A stretch of 49,306 nt of DNA from Chrysochromulina tobinii (Eukaryota): the NCBI GenBank assembly GCA_001275005.1, contig JWZX01003347.1, positions 1 through 49,306 of the forward strand, read 5' to 3'. The position numbers and the translations under genes were made by a program. Under the pieces are notes generated by a model, which had not been told where the DNA came from, made no database searches, and saw only the letters and a list, made by a program, of their open reading frames with translations. This document shows positions 22,642 through 33,217 of the stretch, in pieces. Every line of letters begins with the position of its first letter. Within the stretch, counting starts at the first letter, position 1.

Positions 22642-25245
22642 ATGCCGCCGACGAGCCCCGTGGCTCCGAACCCCGTGCTCGGCTTCTTCGACAGCATCTT
22701 CTCCCCAATCGACAACCTCTTCAAACCGAATGAGAGCCCCACGAAGGGTGAAGTCGAGGGGGACGATGGCCCGTACTGGCCACCGCCGAAGCAGCCGAAG
22801 AAACCCCCAGAAGAAGGAAGCACACCCGGAAGAGTGAGCATCATGACGGAGAAGGACGCTCGGTTGGAAGGAATGCTGCAGCGGAAGCGCGAGGCTGCCG
22901 AGCGCCCATCCTCAATGGGCACGGTCATCGAGAGCAGTTCGACCAACCCGGTGACTCACGGAATGCTGCGCGTCGTATCGGGAGGCAGCAGTCAGTTGTC
23001 CGCACAGCAGGAGTTTGAGTTGAAGAAGGCCAAGAGGCGGGCGGAGGAGGAGGCCAAGGCGGCGGCTGGAGCGGCGCCGGCAGCGGTGCCCAAGACGGCC
23101 GCGGCGGCACAAGAAGCGAAAGCCGCACAAGAAGCGGTCGAAGCGGCACGCGCATATCGAGCCTATCGAGCAGCGGCACGTGAAGCGACTGCTGCCGCAC
23201 TGGCTGAAAAGGCGGCGGCGGATGTGGCGGCCACAGGCACCGACCTCTCTGACGACGATGGCGGTCTTGGCCGTCTTGCCCATGGCGGCGTCGACGCCGC
23301 CTCAAGGGACGACCCGAAGAAGGCATGGAAGAAGGCGGCTGAGGAGCCAGCCATGAACGACGGAGCGGCGGAGCCTGCTGCCATGAACGACGGAGCTGAC
23401 AACGAGGCGGACGACGAGGCGGACGAAGAGGTGGACGGCGAGGAGGTCAAGAGGGCGGCTAGTCTCTGGTCAGACGAACAAGCGCCGGCTCTGCCGCCTC
23501 GGACGCCGACGCCGCCGCGCCCGATCAAGGCTCGCGATGATCAGACCGCGGCACGCCTCGGGCGGCTGCCGCACGAGGTGCTCGTGGACCTTGTGATCGA
23601 GGCGTGCGCGACGAGCGAGCACATGCGCTGCGCCTTGGAGCGCGCCCTCGCGCAGCATGTTCACGGTCCCGAATCTCCGACCAGCGCCCTCTTGTCGTCA
23701 CCAGACATGCGCGTGCCTCTCCTTGTGCCTCTGACGGTGCGACGGGTGTCGAGGAGCCCCGCGGGGGTTGGCGCGAGTCCCGTGGGGCGTTCGTGGCGCC
23801 AAGAGTGGGTGGACGCGATGATGGAGCGCGGCAAGCTGAATGGCGATGAGTACAGCCGATCGATGTTCGAGTCGGGTGGCGTCGCGTCGATAGAGAGGAT
23901 CATGATGGACCTAACCGTTCCTATCCAGAGCAAGGTGGACAGCGGCTGGTCGCGAGAGCATGCCGAGGCATATACGCTCATTGGCCCGTTCCTCGCTGCG
24001 CCGCTCGCAGCCGCCACGCGGGAGCGCTCGCCCAGGTACGCGGCGTGCATGCGTGCGCTGTGCGAGGCTCTCGCGGATCAGGCGAAGCGGCTCACGGCCC
24101 CAGCCCCGCCCGTCTACATCAACCTGACCGGCAAGCAAGGGCTAGCCGCCGAGGACCCTGCATGGGATGTACTGCGTTCTCCAAAGGCACAGCCAGGCCT
24201 CCGCTTCGTCACCGACGGCCTCGGGAAGGCGTTCCTCCCGACGCCCAACACCTTCCCCGACGACAAGGGCTTCTGCGTGGTCATGAGCAGGGGAGGACGC
24301 GACGTGTATGAGCTGCAGGACTCGGATGTAGTGTGCCTCCGGAGCGCGCCTACTGACGCCAATGGCTGCCACTCGCTCATTCCGACGAGCGGCGGCGGAG
24401 CGCACGCGCTGCCGCCCTTCGCGACTGTCACACTCGAGAAGGTGATGCAGCCGGGCGAGTGGGAGGTGTGCGGTCAACATGTCAAGAGGCGGCTGCTGAT
24501 GGTGGGGGTCACGCTGAGCGACGATGCTGCGCAGAAGCCGTCGAACAGGCGCGCCATCTACGCGGGCGTCGCTCAGCTCTCGCCGCGCGGACCTGCCGAG
24601 CTGAGCTACGCCGAGCTCCCCGCCGCCCCACTCGATCTCACGAGCGAGAGCGCGAGCGAGATCGTGAGCAAGATCGTGCCGCGCGAGCTCCACTTTGCCG
24701 ATTATAAGGAGGCGGCCGCTGTGAAGAAGGCGGCAGCCGTGAAGGAGGGGGCAGCTGTGAAGGAGGCTGAGATCAAATCCTCGAGACCTCCGAGATCAAA
24801 CGATAGGCGCGCTCGCCGGGAGAGCGCCGCGACGGGCACCCCGCCGATGAACAGCGCTGGGCCCAAGCTTCCAGACTCGCCTTCAGAAAGCCTCCTTCAG
24901 AAGAGGGAATCGTTCGCAAAACAACGAGAATTCCTCAGAGCCAAGGAGCGGGAAGCCCTCCTGAACGAGGAGAATAACCCGCTGTACAACCCCGACATGC
25001 CCCCCACACCGCCCCGACGTGGCCCCACGCCGCCGCCCCGCGGTGTCCCCATCGCCGCGGTGATCTGTGCGCCCACGCCGCCGCCCCGCGGGCAGAGGAG
25101 CCCCGAGGAGGCGAGCGCCGTGGTGAGCACCGCGGTGAACTCCGCGGGGGCGAGCGCCGATACCGTATCGAGCGCTGCGCCCTTTTCGAAGAGTCCTGCG
25201 GTACTCTTTCTCGGGGACTCGCTCAAGGATCAGGTGGCGGAGTGA
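22642..25245 (+). CDS. Hypothetical protein; low-complexity ends, central globular domain weakly resembling an ADP-ribosyltransferase fold
   Basis: Long ORF 22570-25245 with first ATG at 22642. Globular part ~23900-24520 (PPVYINLTG...ALPPFATVTLEKV). It may splice on at 25233 to 25368. Confidence 0.65.
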   Translation: MPPTSPVAPNPVLGFFDSIFSPIDNLFKPNESPTKGEVEGDDGPYWPPPKQPKKPPEEGSTPGRVSIMTEKDARLEGMLQRKREAAERPSSMGTVIESSSTNPVTHGMLRVVSGGSSQLSAQQEFELKKAKRRAEEEAKAAAGAAPAAVPKTAAAAQEAKAAQEAVEAARAYRAYRAAAREATAAALAEKAAADVAATGTDLSDDDGGLGRLAHGGVDAASRDDPKKAWKKAAEEPAMNDGAAEPAAMNDGADNEADDEADEEVDGEEVKRAASLWSDEQAPALPPRTPTPPRPIKARDDQTAARLGRLPHEVLVDLVIEACATSEHMRCALERALAQHVHGPESPTSALLSSPDMRVPLLVPLTVRRVSRSPAGVGASPVGRSWRQEWVDAMMERGKLNGDEYSRSMFESGGVASIERIMMDLTVPIQSKVDSGWSREHAEAYTLIGPFLAAPLAAATRERSPRYAACMRALCEALADQAKRLTAPAPPVYINLTGKQGLAAEDPAWDVLRSPKAQPGLRFVTDGLGKAFLPTPNTFPDDKGFCVVMSRGGRDVYELQDSDVVCLRSAPTDANGCHSLIPTSGGGAHALPPFATVTLEKVMQPGEWEVCGQHVKRRLLMVGVTLSDDAAQKPSNRRAIYAGVAQLSPRGPAELSYAELPAAPLDLTSESASEIVSKIVPRELHFADYKEAAAVKKAAAVKEGAAVKEAEIKSSRPPRSNDRRARRESAATGTPPMNSAGPKLPDSPSESLLQKRESFAKQREFLRAKEREALLNEENNPLYNPDMPPTPPRRGPTPPPRGVPIAAVICAPTPPPRGQRSPEEASAVVSTAVNSAGASADTVSSAAPFSKSPAVLFLGDSLKDQVAE

Positions 25246-25795
25246 CTTCCAAATGGCGCCGTGGTGAGCACTTGCATGCGTCTCGCTCTCGGGGACTCGC
25301 TCGAGGATCGGGTGGCGGAGTGACTTCATCTGCACACGCCCATCGGCTCCAACGTCGTGTCGCCCAGGGTTCGGCAGCTCGTTGCGTCCTGTGGGAGCCC
25401 CCGGGCAGAGTAGGGACGACATCTGGTGGGGATCGCTATTTCTGGTCTGATCGGTGCGTGTTTGTGGAGATCCGGAGGTGGCTGACTGTTACTGTCTGTC
25501 CGTGTTGGGTCATGTGTGGAGACACCGGAGGTTATCATACGTTTGGCTCGGCCGCGCCATGCAAGAGGCATATCGGTGTCGCGTCGTCCCAAAAGTAGAG
25601 CCCAGTCGCGAGTGGGGACATTGGATGTCCACGTAACCACGAGATGATGTAGCTGTTTGACGGTCTGTGTTTGTTGTGCTGATTCTAATTACATGTTCTA
25701 TGTACATGTAGATGAACTGGCACGCATGCATCCACAATTCGCGAGCTCCGGCGCGGCCACGCCCCCTCTTTCTGTTTCACTCCCAGGTCGCCACA

Positions 25796-28243
25796 ATGGC
25801 CTCTCACGGCCTTCTCACAGCTCATGAGTTTAGCATGCGCCAGCACACCTCCGAGCGACGCGACCGGATCAACGACGGCAAGCCAGCGCATGATGCCTCG
25901 TTTACGCCGCTGACGAACGCCGGCAACAGCCTGGCCGCCTCCAAGTTGGCGATCAAGGACGTCCTCGCGGGGCAGCTCCCGGCGCTCGCCGAAGTCTTTG
26001 CCAGCGCGGACCGTAACCTTAGCGGCTGGGTCGCCCGCGAGGCCGTGTACGACTGGCTCGTTGCGATCGCTGAACGCGTGGGCATACACGACGTGACGGC
26101 GCGTACCATCGAGGCTGTCATCGACGACTTTGATCCCTCCGGCGACGGCAAGGATCAGATCCGCTACGATGAGTGGACGCGCCTCGTCCTGCGCGACGCC
26201 CTGTTCCGAGCGAGCACACGGCTGATCCACTTCATACGGGCGCGCGACCGCGAGGGAAAGGGTGGTGTGGATAAGGCGCTCCTGCGCCACGCCATCTGTG
26301 CCTTTGGGCTTCCCGCGTCGCGGGAGCTGCTCGACTGCGTGTTCGACGAGATGGACCTCGAGCGTACCGGCTGGCTGCGGTACGAGGAGTTGCAAGCGAA
26401 GCTCAAGCTGGGCTCGGCGGTGCGCCTCGCGAACAAGGGGTACACGGGGCAGGTGTACGAGCTGACCGCACGCTGTGCCAGCCCTCTTCGAAGCTCCTCA
26501 TTGCTCGAGCAGTTCCTCGATCTCAACGCGTGCCCGCGCCCCCCGGCTTCTGCCTTGCGTACGCACAACCCCTGGATGGCGCACGCCGAACCTCGGACGG
26601 AGGCGCACAACCCTGATTCCAAGCCTCGGACCACCCACTGGCGTGGCGAGCTGTACAGCGCCCCATGCGTCGTCAAGAGCGCACCAACACGCGCGGAGGT
26701 GCGGCCGTTGAGCCAGCCACGCCAGTCGATCGATGCCTTTGGAAACGGACAGTACGTGGGCACGAGTCCGAGCGGCGAGGCCTACTACATTGAGCGTGAA
26801 GGTGGCGGCAGCGGCAGCAGCCTGGACCGGGTAGCCGCTGACACCGCCGCTGGATGGGGCGGGCTGCTTGAGTACAAGCAATGGCCGAACGCGAGGAGAC
26901 GCGCGATTGAGACGGCGCAGCGCCACGGGCGACCGCTGCCCTCTCCGGTGCCGGCTATACCGGCGGCGCCGCGCGTGCCGAGCAGCTATAGCGCCCTCCG
27001 CTCTTGGAGTTTGCAGGCCAAGCCCGCCAGCGCCGAGCTCCTCGACGTCCTGGACGAAGCCGAGGAGCAGCAGCAGGAGGAGGAAGGGATGGAGGAAGGG
27101 ATGGAGGCCTCATCAGGTGCCGAAGAACGTCTCGAGGCAAGTGTCCATTGGGGAGATTCGTGGGACGATGCACCGTCGGCGCCGCCTTCGCGTTACGCCT
27201 CGACGGCCGCCTCGACGGCCGCCTCGATGCGCTCTGACCTGCGCTCGACCCTACAGAGCCCACTCCGAGGCTTGACGTCGGTACCGCAACTGGCTCGCTC
27301 GGCTAGCCTGAGCTCGCTTGCCACCGCCCGGGACCCGACGTTCTTTGGCAGCTCGACCGGCGTCGCGATCGCGACGCGGACCGCCATGCTGGCGCCCACG
27401 GGAGCAGTGCTGCGTGACCTGAGCAGCTCGCGTAGCGCTGGCACCCTCCTCATGAAGCACCCGTCGTGGGCTGGAACCCCGGCGCCTTACACGGCGGGCA
27501 CGGAGCGCAGCATCATCCTCGCGAGCGATCCTTCGGGGGCGTCCTTCCGGCAGGAGCCCGCATCCTTATACAACTGGGTGGCCACCGCTCCGCTCACTGC
27601 CGTCAGCGGCACGATCGCTCATAGCAGCACGCTGCGTGCGGCCGCGAGCGAGCCAGCCCTCTCTACCGCTGCCCTCACTACCGCCGCCCTCGCTACCGCC
27701 ACCCGCCCAACCAAGGCGCCACCAAAAGGAGGTGGACCCAACCCAACTCCCGAGAGCACGGCGCGCCACTACAAGAACCAGTTTTGGGTCGAGCACGAGC
27801 TGCGCGTCGTCCGGACGCTCACTCGCGAGAAGGTGGTGTGCGCGCGCCATGGGAAGCTCGAGCCTGAGAGTGTGAAGCCACTCACGTACCCGCGTAAGAC
27901 TACCCCCGGCTACGGCGGCCATCGGTGGAAGGAGCCACTGGAGCAACACATCCCTCGTTCCCACAGTGTGCATTCGAACACGCGCGCGTACACCGTCGTC
28001 CCCTTGCCCCACGAGCAGCTCTGGACCACGAGCACCGGGGCGGCCCCCGTGCTAGCGGGTGCCACGACGGCGCTGCCGCGACCGCCCTTTTTGGACTCGA
28101 GCTCGATGAAGTTTTGGGAGACGCCGGCCGTCCAGTCGAGATCGAGATCGAGATCGAGATCGAGCAGCACGGCTGAGCCTAAAGCAGGCGTGGTGTCAGC
28201 GGGTGTGGCCACGCCGCTGATGAGGGCCGGAGGGCGTGATTGA
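25796..28243 (+). CDS. EF-hand domain protein with long disordered C-terminus
   Basis: ADRNLSGWVAREA, FDPSGDGKDQIRYDEW, RDREGKGGVDKALL and MDLERTGWLRYEEL form four EF-hand-like loops. Confidence 0.75.
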   Translation: MASHGLLTAHEFSMRQHTSERRDRINDGKPAHDASFTPLTNAGNSLAASKLAIKDVLAGQLPALAEVFASADRNLSGWVAREAVYDWLVAIAERVGIHDVTARTIEAVIDDFDPSGDGKDQIRYDEWTRLVLRDALFRASTRLIHFIRARDREGKGGVDKALLRHAICAFGLPASRELLDCVFDEMDLERTGWLRYEELQAKLKLGSAVRLANKGYTGQVYELTARCASPLRSSSLLEQFLDLNACPRPPASALRTHNPWMAHAEPRTEAHNPDSKPRTTHWRGELYSAPCVVKSAPTRAEVRPLSQPRQSIDAFGNGQYVGTSPSGEAYYIEREGGGSGSSLDRVAADTAAGWGGLLEYKQWPNARRRAIETAQRHGRPLPSPVPAIPAAPRVPSSYSALRSWSLQAKPASAELLDVLDEAEEQQQEEEGMEEGMEASSGAEERLEASVHWGDSWDDAPSAPPSRYASTAASTAASMRSDLRSTLQSPLRGLTSVPQLARSASLSSLATARDPTFFGSSTGVAIATRTAMLAPTGAVLRDLSSSRSAGTLLMKHPSWAGTPAPYTAGTERSIILASDPSGASFRQEPASLYNWVATAPLTAVSGTIAHSSTLRAAASEPALSTAALTTAALATATRPTKAPPKGGGPNPTPESTARHYKNQFWVEHELRVVRTLTREKVVCARHGKLEPESVKPLTYPRKTTPGYGGHRWKEPLEQHIPRSHSVHSNTRAYTVVPLPHEQLWTTSTGAAPVLAGATTALPRPPFLDSSSMKFWETPAVQSRSRSRSRSSSTAEPKAGVVSAGVATPLMRAGGRD

Positions 28244-28510
28244 TGCCACGGGATGAAGGGGCTGCGCCACGTACGCACGCGAGTCGGGACGAAGCGGAGA
28301 AGGTCGAGGGATCTCGTCTTGAGCTGGAGCTCGGCTGGAGGGAAGTTTTGGGAACACCTCGGAGAGGCCCGAGCTGGATCTTCTGGTATGGCGGTGGTGG
28401 CCGATCGACGACCCAGCGTTGATACCAGTGGACCGAGGGCGGGAGTGTGAAAAGTGATCTGTCGGGTACAATATCGTACATTCCCACGATTCCCTAAGTA
28501 AGTAAGTAAG

Positions 28511-28784
28511 TAAACAACGCCAACAGGCAGCGTACACGTGGCGAGGGGGTCTCCCCCAGGCATACGAAGCGTGTACGGTGTTCAACAACACGGGAGTTGA
28601 AGCTGATGAAAGCCATCAGTCAACCCACGGTTCCCGCGATTCCCGATTCCCTAGACCCTACACTCCCGATTCCCCACGCTCGGTCGGAGCCGAAAATCCG
28701 AGCTCCATAACGACTTAGCGTGCGCACGACCACTTCGGTAGAACCATCCGGATACGGCGCGTGTCTCATTGTTGGCGTTGCTTA
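28511..28784. mobile_element. Putative MITE-like element (13-15-nt terminal inverted repeats, TA flanks)
   Basis: TAAACAACGCCAACA (28511) versus TGTTGGCGTTGCTTA (28770) is a 14/15 reverse-complement match. It is preceded by (TAAG)n and has an internal hairpin at ~28592-28626. Confidence 0.35.
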
Positions 28785-28840
28785 TCGGAGCGGCGCGAAA
28801 GTTTTATCGTGACTTTTGGACCGGCCGTATACCCTGATGC

Positions 28841-31435
28841 TCACGCAGCCACCCTCCTTGCCGCTGCCCTCGCATCCCTCGCATCCTCTGCCGCCTCCCT
28901 TGTGTACCTTCTCACCCATGACAAATTCCTCACCGTGTAATAATCCACCCACCCTTTCCTCGTCTCCCAATCCGCCCTCTCCGCCCCGGCCGTCACCGTC
29001 GCCAGCGCCGTCTCCGCCGCCCTCTCCGCCGTCTCCGCCGCCCTCTTCGCCAAGTCCGCTTCCTTTACCACTATTGCCGCTGCCTCCTCTGCCGCCTGTG
29101 CCGCCGCTTCCGCCACCTCTACATCCGGTGGCACACTCCACGCCGCCCTATACGCCCTCGTCCTCGCCGCCCTCGCCGCCTCTGCTGCCACCGCCACCGC
29201 CCTAGACGCCAGCGTTGACTGGTTGTATGCAGGTTGAAACACATTGAAGGCGTTGGCCGCCGCCATGAGTTCGATTTCTCCTTCGACGTACGTGCCCTCT
29301 CTTGACATGCGGTCGACAATGATTGCGTCGAGGGAGGCTTTGGAGGAGGTGCTGTTGCCGTCCAACCACAGCTCCAGTATGAGGCCGTCGTGATCGAGCG
29401 CGCCGTCAAGCTTGTGTGTTACGGCGCCGGCGCATGCTTGGTCAGGAGGCGTTGCCTCAGAACACGAGCAATGGCCGGCGTCGCGGCATTCTTGTCTTCT
29501 CGGCAGCAGCCCAAACGACTGACGATCGTACATGCGGAAGCGACGGGGCCGCCGCGCCATGAGCGGCAAGACCTCCGGTGGATAAAACAACATGTGATCT
29601 ATGTCATTCTGACGATTCCCGTTGCGCCTCCTGCCTGCACACTGCGATCGCACGTTTTCATCTGGGTCCAGCCGCTTAAACCCGCCGAACTCCTTGGGAT
29701 CGTATCCGGGCTGCAGCTCAATGTTGAAGTCGCCCGCAAAGAGACAGCAGAGCGCTGCATTCTCATCACACCACCGGCGCAAGTGCTCACACAGCTGCTT
29801 TACCACCGCCACCTGAGCGGGATTCTTAACGTTGTGCGTGTTCTGCCCGTGCCAAGTGGCCAGCAAAAACGAGTGGCCCGGCGGGTCCCGTTGCGTCGCC
29901 TTTGCGCACAAAAATCGCCCGTCGTAAGCTTCGTTTGGCAACCATTTGTAGAACTCAGAACTCGGTTTGTAGAACTCGGTCGGCATTTTTTCGAGGACAA
30001 AGGCTCCTGCTTGCCGCGTGGCGATGATGTTGAAGGTACCGCCCTCCACGCCGGGGATGCTGTAGAAGCCACTCTTGTTGGACACTTGTGTCTCCTGCGC
30101 ATACCTCCAGCAGCTGCAACGCATCTCGGAGCAGCGTTTGCAGGCGGCTTCTTCGGTCGTCAACGTGAACCCAAGCGTCCTTTGCACTCGCTTGTCGGTA
30201 CCGCCTGGGCCCTCTTTGCCATCTTTGCGACTGCCCCAATCGTACTCGTTGGCGATGAGGAAAGTGGCGCGTTGGCCCGCGTGGCGCACAGTTGTGTGGA
30301 TGTGCTTTTGCCGCACCTCTGCGGTCACCTTCTCCTTTTCCGCTGCCTCCTTCGTACTCATATCAGGGGTCATGTCATCGGCACTCGCAGGTGCCCCTGC
30401 CTCCTCTGCCCCTGCCTCCTCTGCCCATGCATCCTCGGCCCCTGCTGCCTCACCCTCGGCCCCTGCTGCCTCACCCTCGGCGGCGACGAGAGCGACATCT
30501 TCCACTTTGCCTACTTTGAAGAGGGTCTCCACTTTATCTCCCTTGGCTCCCTTGGCAGGCTTCTTCTTCTTGGCGATCGTCTCATCCTTCAGACGCTTCG
30601 CCTCCTCCTTCGCCTTTGCCGCCGCCTCTTTTTCCGCCTTAGCAGCGGCCACTTTCTTGGTGAGCGGCTTGACTGGGGCAGGCCTGCTGCCACCCGTGCC
30701 GAGGTTGGCCACCAAGATCACAGCAAGCTTTCCCTCTCTGACGAGATCAACACGAATCTCGCGCGTTCTTTTCCATGCTCGGCACAGCAAATGGGCTGCC
30801 CAATTGGCTGCAAAAGCTTCAAGCAAAAGCTTCTTGAACTGCCTATCGTGCAGAAGATTGGCCCCGTCGGCAGCTCCTTCTGCGAGCGGCGCGCTACCGG
30901 GGTCAGCCAGGGGGCAGTTCGCCAAGAAGGCCCTGAAGAAGCCATTGCCGCTCAACAACTTGTGCAAGGCCTCGCGTTTCAAGAAGGCCTCCGCGACGAT
31001 TCTCACGCGCCGAAGGATTATCATCGGCAGCGGTGGCTCTGGCACCGGCGGCTCCGGTGCCGCCAGCTCCTCTGCTGCGGGCTCCTCGGCCATGGGCGCC
31101 TCGGCACTTTCAGGGATGACCTCCAAGCTCACCTCCGCTGCAACCGGCTCCTCTACTGCAGCCGACTCCTCCACTGCAGTCGACTCGCGGGCGCTGTCTT
31201 TGCCGTTGGCTTTCTTCACCTTCTTTTTCTCCTTCTCCTTCGACTTGGGATCCTCAGCCTTCGCCTTTGGTGCAGCCGTTGATTCCTCAGCCTTCGCCTT
31301 TGGTGCAGCCTTCGCAGCCTTCGCAGCCGATGACGACTTCGCGGCCTTTTGCTCACTCCTCGCCGAGTCCGTTTTTGTTTTTGAGCTGCTTGCAGGTTCT
31401 TTGTTTGTCGCCTCGGGCGGCGGTTTGGGAGCCAT
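28841..31435 (-). CDS. Endonuclease/exonuclease/phosphatase (DNase I-like, EEP) domain protein with Lys/Ala/Glu-rich N-terminus and an OTU-like fragment
   Basis: 864-aa ORF with EEP motifs AQE, LATWHG, FAGDFN, DIDHM and LDHDGL, followed by RMSREGTYVEGEIELMAAANAFNV and an Ala-rich coiled coil. Confidence 0.7.
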   Translation of the reverse strand: MAPKPPPEATNKEPASSSKTKTDSARSEQKAAKSSSAAKAAKAAPKAKAEESTAAPKAKAEDPKSKEKEKKKVKKANGKDSARESTAVEESAAVEEPVAAEVSLEVIPESAEAPMAEEPAAEELAAPEPPVPEPPLPMIILRRVRIVAEAFLKREALHKLLSGNGFFRAFLANCPLADPGSAPLAEGAADGANLLHDRQFKKLLLEAFAANWAAHLLCRAWKRTREIRVDLVREGKLAVILVANLGTGGSRPAPVKPLTKKVAAAKAEKEAAAKAKEEAKRLKDETIAKKKKPAKGAKGDKVETLFKVGKVEDVALVAAEGEAAGAEGEAAGAEDAWAEEAGAEEAGAPASADDMTPDMSTKEAAEKEKVTAEVRQKHIHTTVRHAGQRATFLIANEYDWGSRKDGKEGPGGTDKRVQRTLGFTLTTEEAACKRCSEMRCSCWRYAQETQVSNKSGFYSIPGVEGGTFNIIATRQAGAFVLEKMPTEFYKPSSEFYKWLPNEAYDGRFLCAKATQRDPPGHSFLLATWHGQNTHNVKNPAQVAVVKQLCEHLRRWCDENAALCCLFAGDFNIELQPGYDPKEFGGFKRLDPDENVRSQCAGRRRNGNRQNDIDHMLFYPPEVLPLMARRPRRFRMYDRQSFGLLPRRQECRDAGHCSCSEATPPDQACAGAVTHKLDGALDHDGLILELWLDGNSTSSKASLDAIIVDRMSREGTYVEGEIELMAAANAFNVFQPAYNQSTLASRAVAVAAEAARAARTRAYRAAWSVPPDVEVAEAAAQAAEEAAAIVVKEADLAKRAAETAERAAETALATVTAGAERADWETRKGWVDYYTVRNLSWVRRYTREAAEDARDARAAARRVAA

Positions 31436-31873
31436 CCAGTCTGGTTACGCTGCCAGAGGAGGGCCACACCCGCTCGGGGTCACCCGTTTCAATGCAAGTT
31501 TCAGTCAGATCAGACAGTTTCGTCGCGCTCATCACACCATTTCGGGTTGGGAGTCCTTGTTTTCTACAATAGTATGCGTGGATCCATGGAAATGGTCTGG
31601 CGAACGTTTCTACCTGTTCGGTTCAAACACCGGGGCAGCCGGGACACAAAAACACCGATTACCCCAAAACACTGTGCGTACATGTTAGCATATGACCGTT
31701 TTCGGGATACCACCGGTCCCGATCCGTGACTCGGTAAGTGCCGAAAACGCTCATATTTGACTGGCTATCTAATGCTGTGCGTGGCTATCTAATGCTGTGC
31801 GTGGCTCTGCTAAACAGCGCGTCCTGGCAAACAGTTGGGGATCATGGTGGGGCCCAAGCGCCATGGATGGGGC

Positions 31874-33217
31874 TCATGCGGTGCGGCACGAGTCGAAGGC
31901 TCCGATGAGAGCGCTGGCCATGCCAGCCGTCCCCATGGCCATGATGACGACCATCCGTGCGATCGCAGCGGGCGTGCGCTCGGCTGGAGGCATCAGCTTG
32001 AGGTAGAACCACGGAGGGAAGATGAAGATCATCGCGTTGTTGCACGTCCCGCCCACGAGACCCATGACGCAGAAAAAGTGTGTGCCAATTGCCCAGATCA
32101 TCAGGGCCACGCAGCCCATGGTGAGCGCTCGTATCGCCACCTGCTGTGCACTGTAGTCGGCGGCCCCTGCGTAGTGGTCCATGATCTGGCCCAGAGGGAT
32201 GTGCACGGTCACAGCAGCGAAGAGCAGATGGACGGTCACTGCGATCAGGCCAAAGGTGTGAAGAGCAGATAGACGGTCACTGCGATCAGGTGCAATCAGA
32301 TGCAATCACGTACCTGCGATCAGGCCAAAGGTGTCGATAGGGCCGCTAAAGTTGGTGAGGATGTCGGAGCCCACAGCTCCGCCGAGCGTGAGCACCGAGC
32401 CGATGGAGGATGCGAGATACATCGAGGTGCAGGCAGCAAAGGAGCCGACGATGGCCTTGCGGAATCGCGCGGGTGTCGGGTTGAGCATGGTCGCCTGCAG
32501 CGCGGGAAGAATGGCATGCCCTCCGAATCCGAAGAGAATCACACCAAACGCAGAGCCGAAGGTCGAGAAGGTCACCGCCGGAGGTGGCGCGTACGGATCG
32601 TGGGGAGCATCCGTGGCGCACAGGATCACGACGACGACGACGAGAACGACCGATGCGAGGATGGCGAGGATGGCGGTGCCCCAAACGTGGCCCGGGCGAA
32701 GGAGCATCAGCGGCGCAAGAGCCCCGGAGCCGACGAGACTAAAGAAGAGGCTCGAGCGCTGCGGGACGAGTTTGTTCAGATTGATCCCCGAAATCAAAAG
32801 GAAGAGGACGAGCACACAGAACTGGGTGAGCACCTGCGCTAAAGTGACCGCTGCTGCACCGACTGCTCCGGCCGCCTTCCACCCTATCGCAGCATACGGC
32901 GAGCGAGCAAAGTAGCTGCTCTCGCATGGTTCCTCCGACGCGTACGCATCCGCACCTTCGACAATCTTCTTACGTGGCGTAGTCAGGCTGTAGCAACGAC
33001 CTAAAATGTCAGCCGTGTAGGCGGAGAGAATCGCTGCGCACACTACCAAAACGGAGCCAGCCACGAGGCCAGACTGATTGATGGCTTTAGGAAGTGACAA
33101 GATCCCAGCACCGGCACAGTTGGCGATGATGAGCAGCGACGTTTGCACGATCCCGTTCTTCACGATCACCCGTGGAAGAACATGGTCCGCCGCTGGCAGC
33201 AACTCATCGCCCAACAT
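31874..33217 (-). CDS. Amino acid transporter (Aa_trans/AAAP, AVT1-like)
   Basis: ANCAGAGILSLPKA, SAYTADILGRC, FGFGGHAILPALQATM and MGLVGG..FIFPPWFYLKL with multiple TM segments. One intron 32313-32239 restores frame (IA|VTVH). Confidence 0.9.

Noticed and set aside
28592..28626. SECIS element or Helitron 3' hairpin
   Set aside because: The ATGA/GA quartet spacing does not fit, no in-frame UGA selenoprotein is evident, and the nearest CTAG is ~20 nt away with no Rep/helicase gene.
28841..31435. LINE retrotransposon ORF2
   Set aside because: An EEP domain is present but no reverse-transcriptase (YxDD) domain follows it.
29390..31688. Long + strand ORFs of 630 and 537 aa, and many similar antisense ORFs across the window
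   Set aside because: These are shadow frames of GC-rich genes on the opposite strand and show no domain motifs.
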